A stretch of DNA of 59,022 nt, counting the filler, from Ionaspis alba (Eukaryota): the NCBI GenBank assembly GCA_964255285.1. It is 7 parts of 7 records of this genome, joined end to end, with 100 filler letters (N's around TTAATTAATTAA, not from the genome) between each part and the next. Parts side by side here need not be neighbours in the genome. Positions count along the whole stretch, not along the records: positions 1 to 8,376 come from CAXUUL010000750.1; positions 8,477 to 16,851 come from CAXUUL010000751.1; 5 more parts are not named here. One strand, given 5' to 3'. A program made the translations under genes and the position numbers. The notes below the pieces were generated by a model. That model was not told the DNA's origin and did not search any database. It saw nothing but the letters and a program-made list of their open reading frames with translations. Of this stretch, positions 1 to 12,332 are shown in pieces; positions within the stretch are counted from its first letter, which is position 1, and the number at the start of each line of letters is the position of its first letter.

Positions 1-503
1 TTTCTCTATCGGAAAACGCATTTAACGGGTCGTCAAGGGGGTTTTGGGCTTCTGAGGCTGGATGAATGATTCGGACTATTGCTCCAGTTCTAGGATCCCG
101 CTCTATTTGAACTTCTTTGGGAGTGAGGATGGTAGGCAATTTTGATGTGACGGACAAGGGATCTTGAGACTCCGTCAACGGCGTCGTGGAGTCTTCAGCA
201 GCGAAGGCTAATCTCTCGGTGCCGCCTGTTTGCGTATTGAGCTTCGAAGTAAGCCCCAAACGGCGATAATTCTGAGATAATGTGAGGCTCTGATCCCTAG
301 AAGCCATATCAGGACTGATCAAAATCGCCGGCATGTATTCAGAAGTTTCAATCCTCGTTTAAGACTCAAGAGGGAGCACGAAAGGCGTACCAGTTTGCAG
401 CCACTATGGGATTGCCCCGCACATTGATTCTCTTGGACTTGGGTTTCCGCTTGACTTTCGGTATTGAGGACTTGTTCTTCTTCTTCTGTAGCTCACGACC
501 CAT
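1..503 (-). CDS. NOP16: Nucleolar ribosome biogenesis protein Nop16, 3' end outside window; intron 297-390
   Basis: ATG at 503; spliced translation MGRELQKKKNKSSIPKVKRKPKSKRINVRGNPIVAANW|DQSLTLSQNYRRLGLTSKLN matches the fungal Nop16 N-terminus; GTACGC...CTAG intron keeps the frame. Confidence 0.9.
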
Positions 504-745
504 GACTGCGCGCCTTCTCGAGAAGGATAACTTTGTTCTTGGTGGGGTCGAATATGGGGGGATATCCAAGTGGGCTGCACCTGGATGATTTTACATCGCC
601 GAGTTTTGAACACATGAACAAGCATCATCGGGTAGGGCTTAGCCAGGCACGGAGGATTCTGGGGTTAACCCTGTTACGTTGGTGTCACTCTCGTGCTTCG
701 AACTGTTTTATCAGCACATTTTCTATTGATCACCACTCATTCAAG

Positions 746-2247
746 ATGATGAGAAAGTTTTTTGGTGACCCTCGATGGACCTCCACAGCTTTTTTATTAG
801 CCTTGTTAGTGATCAGCTTATTCAAATCGGTCGTAGCGGAGAAGGCAGAAGATGTACAACCTCTTGCTCGCATGAGCCCAACGGATATCGAAGACGCTCT
901 CCAGGTAGGAAGCCTCGTCCCGGCCACAAGATAGGGAAGTTATCGCGACTGATCAATTACAGCTGTGTCCTCTCGTACAAGACCTAAACCGTTATAAGCT
1001 CGCAAATACTCCTCAAACCTCCGGCCTTGTATCTCGACTTTTTGCCATACTCTTCCCTGGATCACCAGCCATCAATGCTCTGCTGGCAACGATGTACATA
1101 TCCGGGCCACCAAGTAAGCCTAAGAGTATCAATGGGCAATTGGCTCTACTAAGTAATACGCACAAGACTTTCTTCTGGCTTTGTGCCCACCGAATATCGA
1201 TCCATCGTCCCTCTCAGTTATGGTTGCTTTCGCTGTGGGTGGCCTGCTTGGCGATACTCTTTTCCACCTTCTCCCCGAGATATTCTTAGGCGAGGACTCT
1301 CCCGAACGTGTTCGCTTCGTCCTCGTTCAACCCAATAGAAACCTCCTTCTTGGCGTTGCGATAATGTTCGGCATCCTGACCTTTGTCGCCATGGATAAGG
1401 GGCTTCGAATTGCCACGGGTGGGTCTGGAGGACATGACCATAGTCACAATCATAATGCTACTAGTGGGATTGTACCAACGTTAGATACTGCTACAGCATC
1501 CACCACTGGATCCTCCATTTCGGACGAGAAGAAACTGAGGTCTCGAAAATCTCAATCCAGCGAATCTGAAACATTCTCAATCACCACGTCCCTACCATCG
1601 TCACAAGCAACCTCTCCTTCTATTAGACTCTCTGCTTATCTGAACCTCATAGCCGACTTCACCCATAATATCACGGATGGACTTGCTCTCTCTTCCTCAT
1701 TCTATGCTTCTCCTACTCTCGGCGCAACTACAACAGTGGCGGTCTTCTTTCACGAGATTCCGCATGAGGTAGGAGATTTCGCTCTGCTCATCCAGTCCGG
1801 ATTTTCGAAGAGAAGGGCCATGGGAGCGCAATTTGTGACTGCCGCAGGGGCTTTTCTAGGGACATGCCTGGGTATAGCAGTACAGGAGATGGGCAAATCA
1901 TCGGACGGCAAGAACGACCTTGGTACTGCACTCAATACTGGTTTGGCGGGTACAGGTCTAGGTTGGGAAGATCTACTCCTGCCCTTCACGGCGGGTACAT
2001 TCTTATATGTAGGGACAGTAGCAGTTATACCAGAGTTGCTCGAAACTGGAGAAAACAAAAAGGATGAGCTGTGGAAAACGGCAAAGCAATTTGTAGCGAT
2101 GGCGGCTGGAGCGGGGATCATGCTTGCGTAAGTGAATTATTCTTTTTTTTGTCTCTGAATCTTAGAACGGTTTTGTTCTTCTGCTGTAGAACATTGTGGT
2201 CAGGCCGGTACACTGCTAACTGTTTTGTCAGGATCTCGTGGTCATAA
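746..2247 (+). CDS. YKE4: ZIP (SLC39A7/KE4-like, LIV-1 subfamily) zinc transporter, 4 exons
   Basis: N-terminal hydrophobic leader, FAVGGLLGD..HLLPE, His-rich HDHSHNH loop, DFTHNITDG and HEIPHEVGDF motifs; introns at ~905-962, ~1113-1166 and ~2129-2231; ends ISWS-TAA at 2247. Confidence 0.9.
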
Positions 2248-3284
2248 ATCATCTAGAATTTTCATATCCTCAGGAAATTAAATGGCAGTGTCATAATAAG
2301 TCTTTACTTGGTGGAGATGCATGTAATCGAAAGAACACCTGGAAAAATTCAATGAAGATTGTCGGGGTTGTGGCAAGGTTTTCCGTTGGATTTACACCAT
2401 ACTTCCAATTGCGGTTGGCTGCTTTCTCTCCATCTGTGCCTGATGTGATAGAGACACGCATGCAACGCGTCGAGTTTGTTGTGTACCAGCGTGAACATCT
2501 GATATGAAATCTGGTATCTGCTCGGAAGAACTTCACAATTGCCGTGGGACAAAAATCTCGCTGCCAGTGCACGTAAAGCATTCATCGCCATCTCTGCCTG
2601 AACCTTTTCATGGGTAAATGTGCTTTCAAACGTTTAAGGGATCTTGCCTGTCGAATTGATATTGGAGTGCTGTAGATAGCTATGAGTTACAGGAGTGCGA
2701 CGCCGCTCTGCGAATAGGGAGGTTGCCCTCAGGGACATTCGAGCGCACCCGTATTGCCCAAACATTTTCCATGAATCCACAAGAAAGCGCCTGTATAAAG
2801 GTAGGAGACTTATCCCACGAGATCGTTCCAACTGTGGGAAGGGAAAATAGTCAAGCTGGGTTAAATGAATGAAAAGAAGGTTGGGCTTTCAGATGACGCT
2901 ATGAAATAAGCTCATAATTTGGCTGGACTTGCCCCTGCATCTGTCATCCAAAAGCTCGAGTTTCCGACGAACAGAAACAGCCCGGCAAACCGCAGGATTC
3001 ATCAGCCAGCAACGACGCGAAGTTGGCCTCCGGGGAGGTCAGCGTAGTGAACATCGGTCAGCAACGCACGATTGCAGTATCGAGGCAGTGGTGCACGCTA
3101 CAGTACTACAGCACAATGAGGGCGCGCTGCTTCTAACCTCATTTCTTGAGGTCACTCGTCACCCTTTCGTGTATGGATAAGCAGTGTCGGAGGAGCTGGA
3201 TCTACCCTTGGCCCCGGTCGATACTCCAATTTCCCGACATTTCCAGAGACAAATCACTGTCGTTATTCTTTGAGTCCCTTGACC

Positions 3285-6200
3285 ATGCCTGCGAAAGTGA
3301 TACCAACCCAGGACACTGCCGACGGGAGCAGCGTGAGTAGTGGGCGACTCTTCAGCCTACAGGGCAAGAAGGCAGAAAATCCCGCTCTGAAAAATCCCAG
3401 TCCCAGTGGTACGTGAATCACAAACCCCAGCTGGTTCTCCCGGGTACCTGCGTGTTTTGGCTGGACCCCCATTCGCTAACACACGACGTGGTAGACGGTC
3501 GAGCGCGCAAGAGGTTACAGAAAAGTACTTCCGATGGTTCAGTAGCAATCCAACGTCCAGAGGGACAGCCAGCAACCATTCCTGCAGAAACACGATCCAA
3601 TTTCACGAGCCGGAGGAGGCAATCCGTGAGAGAACAGAAAACACCCCTGGGTGCAAGGCCTCTGGAACTCTCCCCATCCAAGAGGTACGTCGCCAGGGTG
3701 CTCTAACCATCACATCAGATAGTCATCAGTACCACTGACCTTTCATATAAAGGTCAATTAGCAATACTTTTCAATCCTCGTATACTGCTGGACGCCCGAC
3801 TTCATCAAGCATAAGACAAATTCCTCATTCCCGGCAAGCTTCGACCAATTCAGTGTCTCGATTCAACTTTGGCTCCGCAGCTCTCGACGATAGAAATACA
3901 GTAGAGGCAAGTGCCGAAGCCTTCCAGTTCCTCCCTACGGTAAATTTCGACGATTTTCATACAAGCCTTGCGCAGGAGCGACCTGGTCTCAACAATGGAT
4001 TGTTGCCCAGAGGGAATGTCCTGACTTCCAGTCGAGGCACGGGGATCGAAAGCATCGGCAAGGGCAAAGGTATCGACGATGGGTCTTTGACAGCTGCTGT
4101 GCCTGTAGAAACGGGAACGCGCATAGCGAGAAGTGGGTCTTTTCTACGACGCCAAAACAGTGTCACACGCAACCAACAACCGCAATCCTCACATCCAGAG
4201 GCCATGCCTCCTCCAAGTGGCCCGCCGACGACCAAGAGTAGGCGCCAGAGCCAATTTCCTACACCAACACCAAGTTCTTCCATCAGCCGAACTCCCAGAA
4301 AGTCCATCGGACCAGGCGTGCTTACAAACAGCTCATCAGAGTATTCGTTTCTAGCCAGTGGACTTTCTTTCAAGAATGGACAAACCCAACAAGCATTAGT
4401 ATCGGGGTCAGCTGGTGGCGATTTCGCTATCCTGCAGGCAGAAGAGAGGAATCCCTCAGCACAAACTCGGAGTGCCAAAGCTAAATCGTTCCATGCACCA
4501 TCCAGAACTCCCCATGATTATCTCACTGCCTCTACGACCACTCCGGATGGTCCATGGGCCAAGCCGGTCGCTATACCACGTTCACCCAATCGAAGTGCAG
4601 AACGAGGCACTGCAACTCCATCCTCTGGAAAACGGCTGTCGGTCATGCCCGGGCACGCTACTGGACTCGGAGCACGGACAATTAGTCCCACTGATGCTCG
4701 TAGAATAAAAAGGATGTCTATGATGTCAACCGCACCGCCTCTTCCTTTCCCACCAAATGTCCCTATGCCAGATCAGCTTTGCCTTGGTAGGCTATCTATA
4801 GGAGACTCGCCTTCTTTTATTCCTCGAAAGAGTGTCACTCCGTCTTCAAATCGCACGACTCCTGATCACAATCGAAAGTCTTATAGTTCCGTTATCTCTA
4901 ACTCCTCAAACACCAGCTATAACTCTCTGAAGAACCCGACGGCTTCCATGAGAGTGCAGCAAAGCTCTTCCTTGTCTCGATTACCTACTCTCAAAAATCG
5001 CAGTGAGACTGCTTCTGCACCAAACGAAGAGGAAGTGCCCCCGGTTCCTGCGATCCCCAAAGCCTACGAGTCTCCGAAAACCGAGCACGAAACGCCATTC
5101 TTCAGTACCAGAAAGCCAAGCTTTCCTTTCGATTCGGGCAGCTTAAATAGTGCATCCACGGTTGATTATGTTTCTGCTCAGTCGTCTGACAAAGAGCAGG
5201 CACCAGCGCCACCACCAGTACTACCATCTCAGAATGATTCGAGACAGCGTCGAGGTCATACCGTGACGGCTTTAGCTCCTTCGGAAGAGAAGACCAGCCA
5301 TGGAATACAAAGCAATGGTAGAAATCTGCAGCCGCTAAGATTACCGCCGATAAATCTGCAGCCACTGAGTACTCCTACGGCAGATAAGATTGCGGCACTG
5401 CAGGACAGATCAATTGAGCCTCAGTCAGGAATAAGGACTCCGCCTCCAAGAAAAGGTGGCAGAAAAACCCCAAGCACTCCCATGACAGCTTCCAAAGCCA
5501 GCTTTTTCTCGAGACATCATTACAAAGAGGAAGCTGAGCCGCTCCCTGTACAGACACGAAGCAGCAGCTCGCACTACGCATTAAGGTCCGCAGCATCGTC
5601 GTACCGAGCGACAAGCAGCTCTAGTTCCAACGTACCACTGCCCCCAGAACATCGCGCCGGTCGTAAAGCCGTGTCTCCGTTTGTATCGTCGTCACTCCCG
5701 AAGGCTAGTCTAGATTTCGGTTCCCTACGCTCTAAACCTTCCGGAGAACACAATACCAATCTTGCAAGTCAAGAGATCAAGATTAATAAATTGAATGGCC
5801 CTCGTGCGCAAGTCACGTCTAAGGCGGGCAAGACTGAGACACGGAGTCAGCCTCCGAGTCCCGTGGAGAAGGAAGCACACTCTTTTGGATCTTCTTTGCG
5901 ACGGAAATTGAGTCTGACTCGCAAGAGGAGCGCATCCAAGACCGAGATACTATCAATAGGAGATGGCGAACATCCTCCACAACCGCCCAAGCATGATGCA
6001 ATGCCTCCACCTAGGCTGCCCGCGTCGGCTACTTGGAACGGCCCTTGGCTATCAAATCCAGAATCCGCGCAAAAGCCGAATTATCTCCATTCCAGAAGGA
6101 AAGCATCAAATCCAGAGTCGCTCATTCGACACGACAGGACACGGAGTGGTATATCTGTTATTGATGGAGCCTCTGACAAAGATTCGAACCAATTCCCAGG

Positions 6201-8051
6201 CACGAAGGTCGCGCAAGCTTCATTTAAAGTGCCTGAGACAATGGGAGTCTCTAGTTCCAAGCTCTCGGTGTCACACAAATCTACAGGATCAACAAAAACA
6301 ATGGGAATTGAGCCGCACCTCGATCGTGACGATCTCGTAGCAGAAGACGAGATGAGGAGACTGGCGCTGAAGCGTAAAGAAACTGAAGCGGCAGCCAAAC
6401 TGCTCGATGAACTACGTCGAAGGGCAATGCCAAAGGAGCGGGTCTCTCCAACCCAAGCTTTGCGAAGTGCTCGGCTCAACATCTTTGAGCGTGGCGAGAT
6501 TATTGATTACAAGGAAGTGTACTTTTGTGGGACACAGACTGCAAACAAGTATACTGGCGATTTACAGGCAGAAGGAGCTAATTTTGGATACGATGATGAA
6601 CGGGGCGACTACAATATTGTTTATGGCGACCATCTTGCTTATCGCTATGAAGTCATCGACATTCTCGGAAAGGGAAGCTTTGGGCAGGTTGTGCGCTGCA
6701 TCGACCACAAGACTGGCGGTCTGGTGGCCATCAAGATTATCAGAAATAAGAAGCGATTCCATCAGCAAGCTCTGGTTGAAGTCAACATCTTGCAAAAGCT
6801 GAGGGAATGGGTAAGTACTCTTTTCGACCGAGATCTTGGTTCGAATGCTAATCTTGGTATGATACGCAGGATCCACACAATAGGTACAGCATGGTAAACT
6901 TTGTACAGAGCTTCTACTTCCGGGCTCACCTATGTATTTCTACCGAATTGCTTGGGATGAATTTGTACGAGTTCATCAAGGTTCATGATTTCAAAGGATT
7001 CTCTTTGAAGCTAATTCGACGTTTCACCAAACAAATCTTGAACAGCCTTGTCCTTCTTAAGAGCCAAAAGGTCATCCACTGCGACCTGAAACCGGAGAAT
7101 ATCCTACTCGCACATCCTGCGCAGTCCGAGATCAAAGTCATTGACTTTGGGTCAAGCTGTTTGGAAAACGAAAAGGTGTACACCTATATTCAGTCACGTT
7201 TCTACCGCTCTCCAGAGGTCATACTCGGCATGACCTACGGGATGCCTATTGACATGTGGAGTATTGGGTGTATCTTAGCAGAACTCCTGACAGGATACCC
7301 GATCTTTCCTGGCGAAAATGAACAAGAACAACTGGCCTGCATCATGGAAATATTTGGTCCTCCAGATAAGCACTTGATAGAGAAAAGTACTCGCAAGAAG
7401 CTCTTTTTCGACTCCTTGGGCAAGCCTCGCCTGACCGTCTCTTCAAAGGGCAAGCGACGACGGCCGAGCTCGAAAACGTTGCAGCAGGCACTGAAATGCG
7501 ATGATGAGCCTTTCCTTGACTTCATTGCTCGCTGCCTCCGCTGGGACCCGGAACGCCGCCTCAAGCCTGATGAAGCTATTCATCATGAGTTCATTACCGG
7601 TATCAAGCCAGCTCCATCGCGGAACCTTCGACTCCTTCCGTCATCCTCTGCAAATGTCAACTCTTCACCAATCAAACGGTATAACTCCGTCCACACACCA
7701 TCGAGTACGATTCGACCTCTTCCGGAGCCGCCGGCCACAAGTCTAAAGGGCGGGGCAGCTGTGAAAGCTCGGGAGAGCCACAATGGTGGTTCCCCGAGCA
7801 GACCGACGCCCAAAAGATACTCGACAATGACAAGTCTTTCAAGTGGCACCAATCCCAAGAAGGCTTCGGGTGGTGCAATACCAGCCGTGACCTCAGCACT
7901 TCCTCGATTAGGTGGACCAAGACTTGCGAGTGGCAAGCCGGATCTAGCGAGTGCGGCGGCGGCTGCGGCGACCTTGGTAGGTCTACCAATTTACCCTCAA
8001 CTGAACACCCTCCTTACGAGCTGACAGGTGTCTCCGCAGAAGTCTAGATGA
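3285..8051 (+). CDS. DYRK-family dual-specificity protein kinase (Pom1/DYRK2-like) with long Ser/Pro-rich N-terminal region
   Basis: DH box (YDDERGDY), GKGSFGQV, HCDLKPEN, DFGSSC, YTYIQSRFYRSPE. Inferred introns ~3409-3494, 3685-3752, 6811-6869 and ~7977-8039. Start at 3285 is inferred from splice continuity and is less certain. Confidence 0.9.
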
Positions 8052-8376
8052 AGGGGAAAGAAATAACGAATCTCTAGGTAATCGACTTTCAGTGCTGGGC
8101 ATTGGAGGCACCGTCTGTGCCGGACGGCTGCAAACCTCATCTTTGGCGGCATTACGAGGCGTTCTCCATATCATTCTCACAGCCTGTTATACCCTTCTCA
8201 CGTTTCTAGCGATCATCTACGAGTAGACTTTTTAGGACATGGCATTGCTTGCGTTGGACCGCGCTGTCAATAGTACATATACGATGGCGTTTGTTTCCTT
8301 TTTGGTGTGCTGTTCTGTTGTGCATGTGAAATGAACACCCGCCGATGTCTCAACTTTTCTATGCCCGTCCGAGGAA

Positions 8377-8476
8377 NNNNNNNNNNNNNNNNNNNNNNNN
8401 NNNNNNNNNNNNNNNNNNNNTTAATTAATTAANNNNNNNNNNNNNNNNNNNNNNNNNNNNNNNNNNNNNNNNNNNN
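8377..8476. other. Artificial contig-join spacer N44-TTAATTAATTAA-N44 (stop codons in all six frames)
   Basis: Identical 100-nt construct also at 16852-16951, 25312-25411, 33755-33854, 42196-42295 and 50615-50714. Confidence 0.97.
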
Positions 8477-10211
8477 AAAGCAATATCAGAATGATGGATA
8501 TCTGCATCACTTTTTCCGATGTAGCACATCCACTGTAGAAAGTTAATAATTTTATAGTTCTGTATTATAGCTGATGGTCGACCTAAGGAGCTCCAACAGC
8601 ATAGGAATGAATTATCTGAACAATGGAAACCATAACATGAACATAACGCAAGTCGTCCTAGATATAAACCAGGACATAGGTGCAGAATTGTAGCCTGAAT
8701 CATCCCCGCATGGATCCGTTTTCGTTAATCGTAGATGACTGACCTAGCTAGTGACGAACTCAACAATATTTGATAGCCGTATTTATCAGGACTACGCCAC
8801 GACCCATAGGTGGACTTAGCTCGAGACAAAGCCCTGGATGTCGATACCAAGCCATATCTAGACTCGACCTCAAATGAATCCGTTCCTGCTCCACGGCGAG
8901 CCTCAGTTCGATCTCTTTCATGCTCAGCGTAAGAGGCCCTGTGGCACTGATGGCTGGCTGATCGCAGGGCAATTTTGATTCTTGCCCGGAAGAGCACAGC
9001 AGCTGATAATGGATGCGGTGTCAATGGACTTCTCGGAACTCATCAAATTGCAGAAGGCTTGCGGTGTTCAACTGATAAGCTTTGGCACACTCTCCACCTA
9101 AACTCTCACGTATGGAGATGTGTATGTTGTACACTCTGTTCCAAATGATATAGCTAGGCTTCGGCATTGCCTTGTTCTCCGCCAAGCGCAACTGAACGTG
9201 CCGAATGCTAGGGTATGGGTGGATGAGCATGTGCTTGTCCCATAGATACGGCATTGTCAGGTATTTGAAGGCTGGCATCACGCCACTCAAGCTTGTTATT
9301 TACTCCATAGTCAGCTACTCCGTGTAGGCCATCGAGCTTGGAACGAGAGAAAATGGAGAGCTTACGAGATAAATACAAAGGTGGTGTTTCAGCCCAGATC
9401 TGTCCCTAAAGCTGGATGTCCCTCTATGAGCTGGGTGGTAAACAAATGCTATGATAAGTACAGGAGCTACCCTCTCATCTTCCATGAAGGAGGAAAGCTT
9501 TGTTCCTTGACAGGTTAGCCATAACTAACATTCGAAGTAGATTTCTGAGAGTGCACTGTTTGGAAACAGAATACACAAGGTTTCGAGGTTCGAGCGAGTC
9601 TGTCTATCGTAGGGGTAGGGCATATTTGGGCGAGAAGCCTGAGGGATTGTTTCGTTGTGGTTGCACAGGAGCGGTGGGGAGCATCGTGTAGCTAATACTG
9701 GGCTGAGCACTTGTTGAGCGTTCTGATGCGTAGGAGCCTACTTTACGCGTCAGTCGTCGATGACGAACGAACAAGTGCGGGTACCTGCATTGGGCTGTGG
9801 CACAATAGAGCAGTATAAGGGCACGTGAACCACAAGGTTTCTGGGAGCACAATCAGCCCTGCAATTGGTTCGACTGATAGAATGAGAATGCTTTCTCTGG
9901 CTGATTAGACACGCGACAGACAAGCAAGTCTAATTGCTGACTCCTCATTCTTTAGAGTATAACATGCAATGAAAAGCCATGTCTCATAGGGAAAAAGTCT
10001 TCTGGGGTGGTATGCGCATTCGAAGACCATCCAGATGAGCTTTGTAGAGCCTTATTATTTAGTCATTTGCATATGTTTTTCTGGCTTTTGCATGCAACAA
10101 CACCCTCGAACGCCCGCTTATACATTTCGCAAATGTGGTATCTCCAAAATGCTCCCAGCACGAGGTCCCCTCCATCCCCATTCTCCGTGCCCACTAGCAA
10201 ACACCCACCAA

Positions 10212-11426
10212 CTATCTTTTACCCGTAGCCTTCGGCCTCGGCTTACATTCATCTGTCTGAACGCCATGCAACATAACCTTGTTGGGCAACTGGGGTGTAT
10301 TTGTCGCATAGCCTTTACTCCAATCATAACTCACCGCATACGCAAAAATCGTACCATTCCTATTGAACGCCGTCGAGCTGATGGTGCCGCCCACCTCCGG
10401 GTAGCCCTTGAGACGGTGTTTGGCGTCTTTGTCCCAGAAATGAAAGGTGCCGTCACTTCCGGCGGTGCTGAAAGTGCCGTGGACGGGGTGGAAGGAGATG
10501 GCGTTTACGGAATACACGTTTGAGACGTCGCGGCTATTAGGGGGCGTTTGGCGGTGGCATTTGAAAGAGAAGTTGGCGCTGTTGTGGGGGAGGATGTGTT
10601 AGTGGATGTTTTGAAGGGGAGCTTTTGGGTTGGGGCTTACCTAGCGTCTTTGTCTTCGACATATTGGATGGCACATCGGCCCTCAATACTTCCTACTGCG
10701 AAGCCCGTGGCATCGGTAAAGCAGCTCACGACTCGCGTCTGCCACTTCAACGGGCTCTGTAGTGTCTTGTAGAACTTCGTCGGCTGGTCTAGATTCACAA
10801 CGTTGATGTACCGGTCTGCTGTCGCAATAACAAGCAGCTTGTCTTTGGAGTCCATGCTGTAGACTCTCTCCTGGCAATCTATCGTAGCAACTGGCGTTTG
10901 TTGCCGGAGATCCCAATACTTAATGGTCTTGTCCCAGGAGCCTGTGACTAGGACTGGTCCGTTCGAGTTTGCGACATCGACGAATCGCGAGCATCGTATC
11001 GGTTGCTCGTGCGCTGCTACTTGGGTTGCAGCGGTACTGCCGGAGGCGAGATCGATCATACGGGCTGCTTTGTCGGCGCCAGCTCCGACAACTTTGGTTC
11101 CATCCTGTGATACATATTAACCTCGAAGCTCGTAGCGGTGTAGGTTTAAGCGGCAGACTTACTTTCGACCAGCAACAGCTCAAGACGGGTCCTTCATGCT
11201 CAAACATAGCCTTTCCCTCACTTTGGCCCTTGTCGTTGATTTCGTAGATGCGCACTTTCTTGTCCCATGATGCCACAGCAAGATGCTCTGATTGTGAGGA
11301 GAATGCTAGCTCTGATATGCCGTCTTCTGGGGGTGCAGTGAGTGTAATATCTCTCGATATGTCTCCGGTCGCGTTGGCACCGGAGGTTGTGCTCGTGGAG
11401 GAAGCGGAACCAAAGAGGCCGGACAT
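10212..11426 (-). CDS. GLE2: WD40 poly(A)+ RNA export factor Gle2/Rae1 (SONA), 3 exons
   Basis: MSGLFGS..., LAVASWDKKVRIYE, SPLKWQTRVVSCF, GSIEGRCAIQY, FSFKCHR, FAYAVSYDWSKG; two GTAAG...CAG introns. Confidence 0.95.
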
Positions 11427-11629
11427 GATGGCGCAGGGTAAGTAGCGAGAGAAGGAAAGAAGGGAGACCGTGACGGTAATGGATAGCTGGTTCACACTCG
11501 CGAGAGGGTCATGGTGTTGAGCTTTTATGAGCTATGCTATTGAGGCAGCAGTGTTAACCTCCAGGCTTTATTCCCAAAGCTCAGCGCGAACTACGAACGC
11601 GCCAAGATTTCTGGAAAGCTCTCGCTAAG

Positions 11630-11651
11630 ATGGCGCTAGCACTAGCGCCAT
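11630..11651. promoter_or_regulatory. Perfect 10-bp inverted repeat ATGGCGCTAG-CA-CTAGCGCCAT in the divergent GLE2 / RNase MRP promoter
   Basis: Read directly from the sequence; lies ~48 bp upstream of the predicted MRP RNA 5' end. Function is inferred. Confidence 0.5.
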
Positions 11652-11698
11652 ATCGACATTAAGTTTCTCGGAAAAGTTCCTGAATCCTTTCTTTCCTC

Positions 11699-12201
11699 AC
11701 TCCTCGCTCAAAGAATCGCAATCAAAGCTTACAAACGGAGAGATGGCTCTCGTCCCCTCTGAATCACACAAAATGCTTTGGGAGAAAGTCCCCGGACACC
11801 TTTTCGCCCCCCAAGGGAGAAGAGAATTGCGGAAACGCGCCGCCATAAAAGCAAGCTTCGCGGCTGACTCCTCCCCGCCTCCCCATCCCTTATATCCCCT
11901 GCTCTTGGCCGTCTGTACTCTTCTTGCTCTTCTTCTCTCGTCTTGTGGAGCTCGGCCGGGGAGACCACAGTGACGATGATATGAGTCCGCGCTCTCCGTG
12001 CCTGCTTTACTACCGACTTGGGAAGTCTGAGCTTGGAGAGGAGGTCGGAGTTGTGCTGGGTACGAGGAGGGGATCCATAGGCGGTGGATGGAGGCTTTTC
12101 GTCGAGATGGATAGATATGCGATTGCCCTTCTACTCTTGTGTCTTTCGGGATGTGAGGGCAAGGGGGTAACTCGATGGGGCTTATTCTTGAGGCGAGGAG
12201 T
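11699..12201 (+). ncRNA. NME1: RNase MRP RNA
   Basis: P1: ACTCCTCGCTCAAAGAAT pairs with ATTCTTGAGGCGAGGAGT. P2: AATCGCA pairs with TGCGATT after CR-IV ATAG (12111). P3: AAGCTTACAAA...AATGCTTT. CR-I GAAAGTCCCC (11784-11793) pairs in P4 with GGGGCTT of CR-V ACTCGATGGGGCTTA (12170-12184). P8-like TGCGGAAACGCG (~11828). Same order of motifs as yeast NME1. Confidence 0.92.
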
Positions 12202-12332
12202 CCCCTCTTTTTTTCCTGGGATCTGATACTTGGGCTTTGAGATACTCTCCCGCAAACTCTTATTGGGAGTAGGTGTCGAGGGCTGCAGGTCGCTGGGTCA
12301 TACTGGCCGGATTCGTTGTGGGCGTCGGTTGC

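Noticed and set aside
2291..2831. Small minus-strand ORFs between the ZIP and kinase genes
   Set aside because: No recognisable domain or consistent splice model.
8421..8432. Recurrent TTAATTAATTAA as a biological repeat or transposon target site
   Set aside because: Always centred in exactly 44+44 Ns; it is an assembly spacer.
8477..10200. Several 60-100 aa ORFs as a possible pseudogene
   Set aside because: No homology recognisable by eye and the frames do not join into a credible product.
11970..12030. Apparent separate C/D snoRNA (TGACGATGA...CTGA)
   Set aside because: Lies inside the MRP RNA, has no terminal stem and no convincing rRNA guide.
11729..12255. Short ORFs on both strands (76-100 aa)
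   Set aside because: No protein motifs; they overlap the RNase MRP RNA, which explains the sequence.
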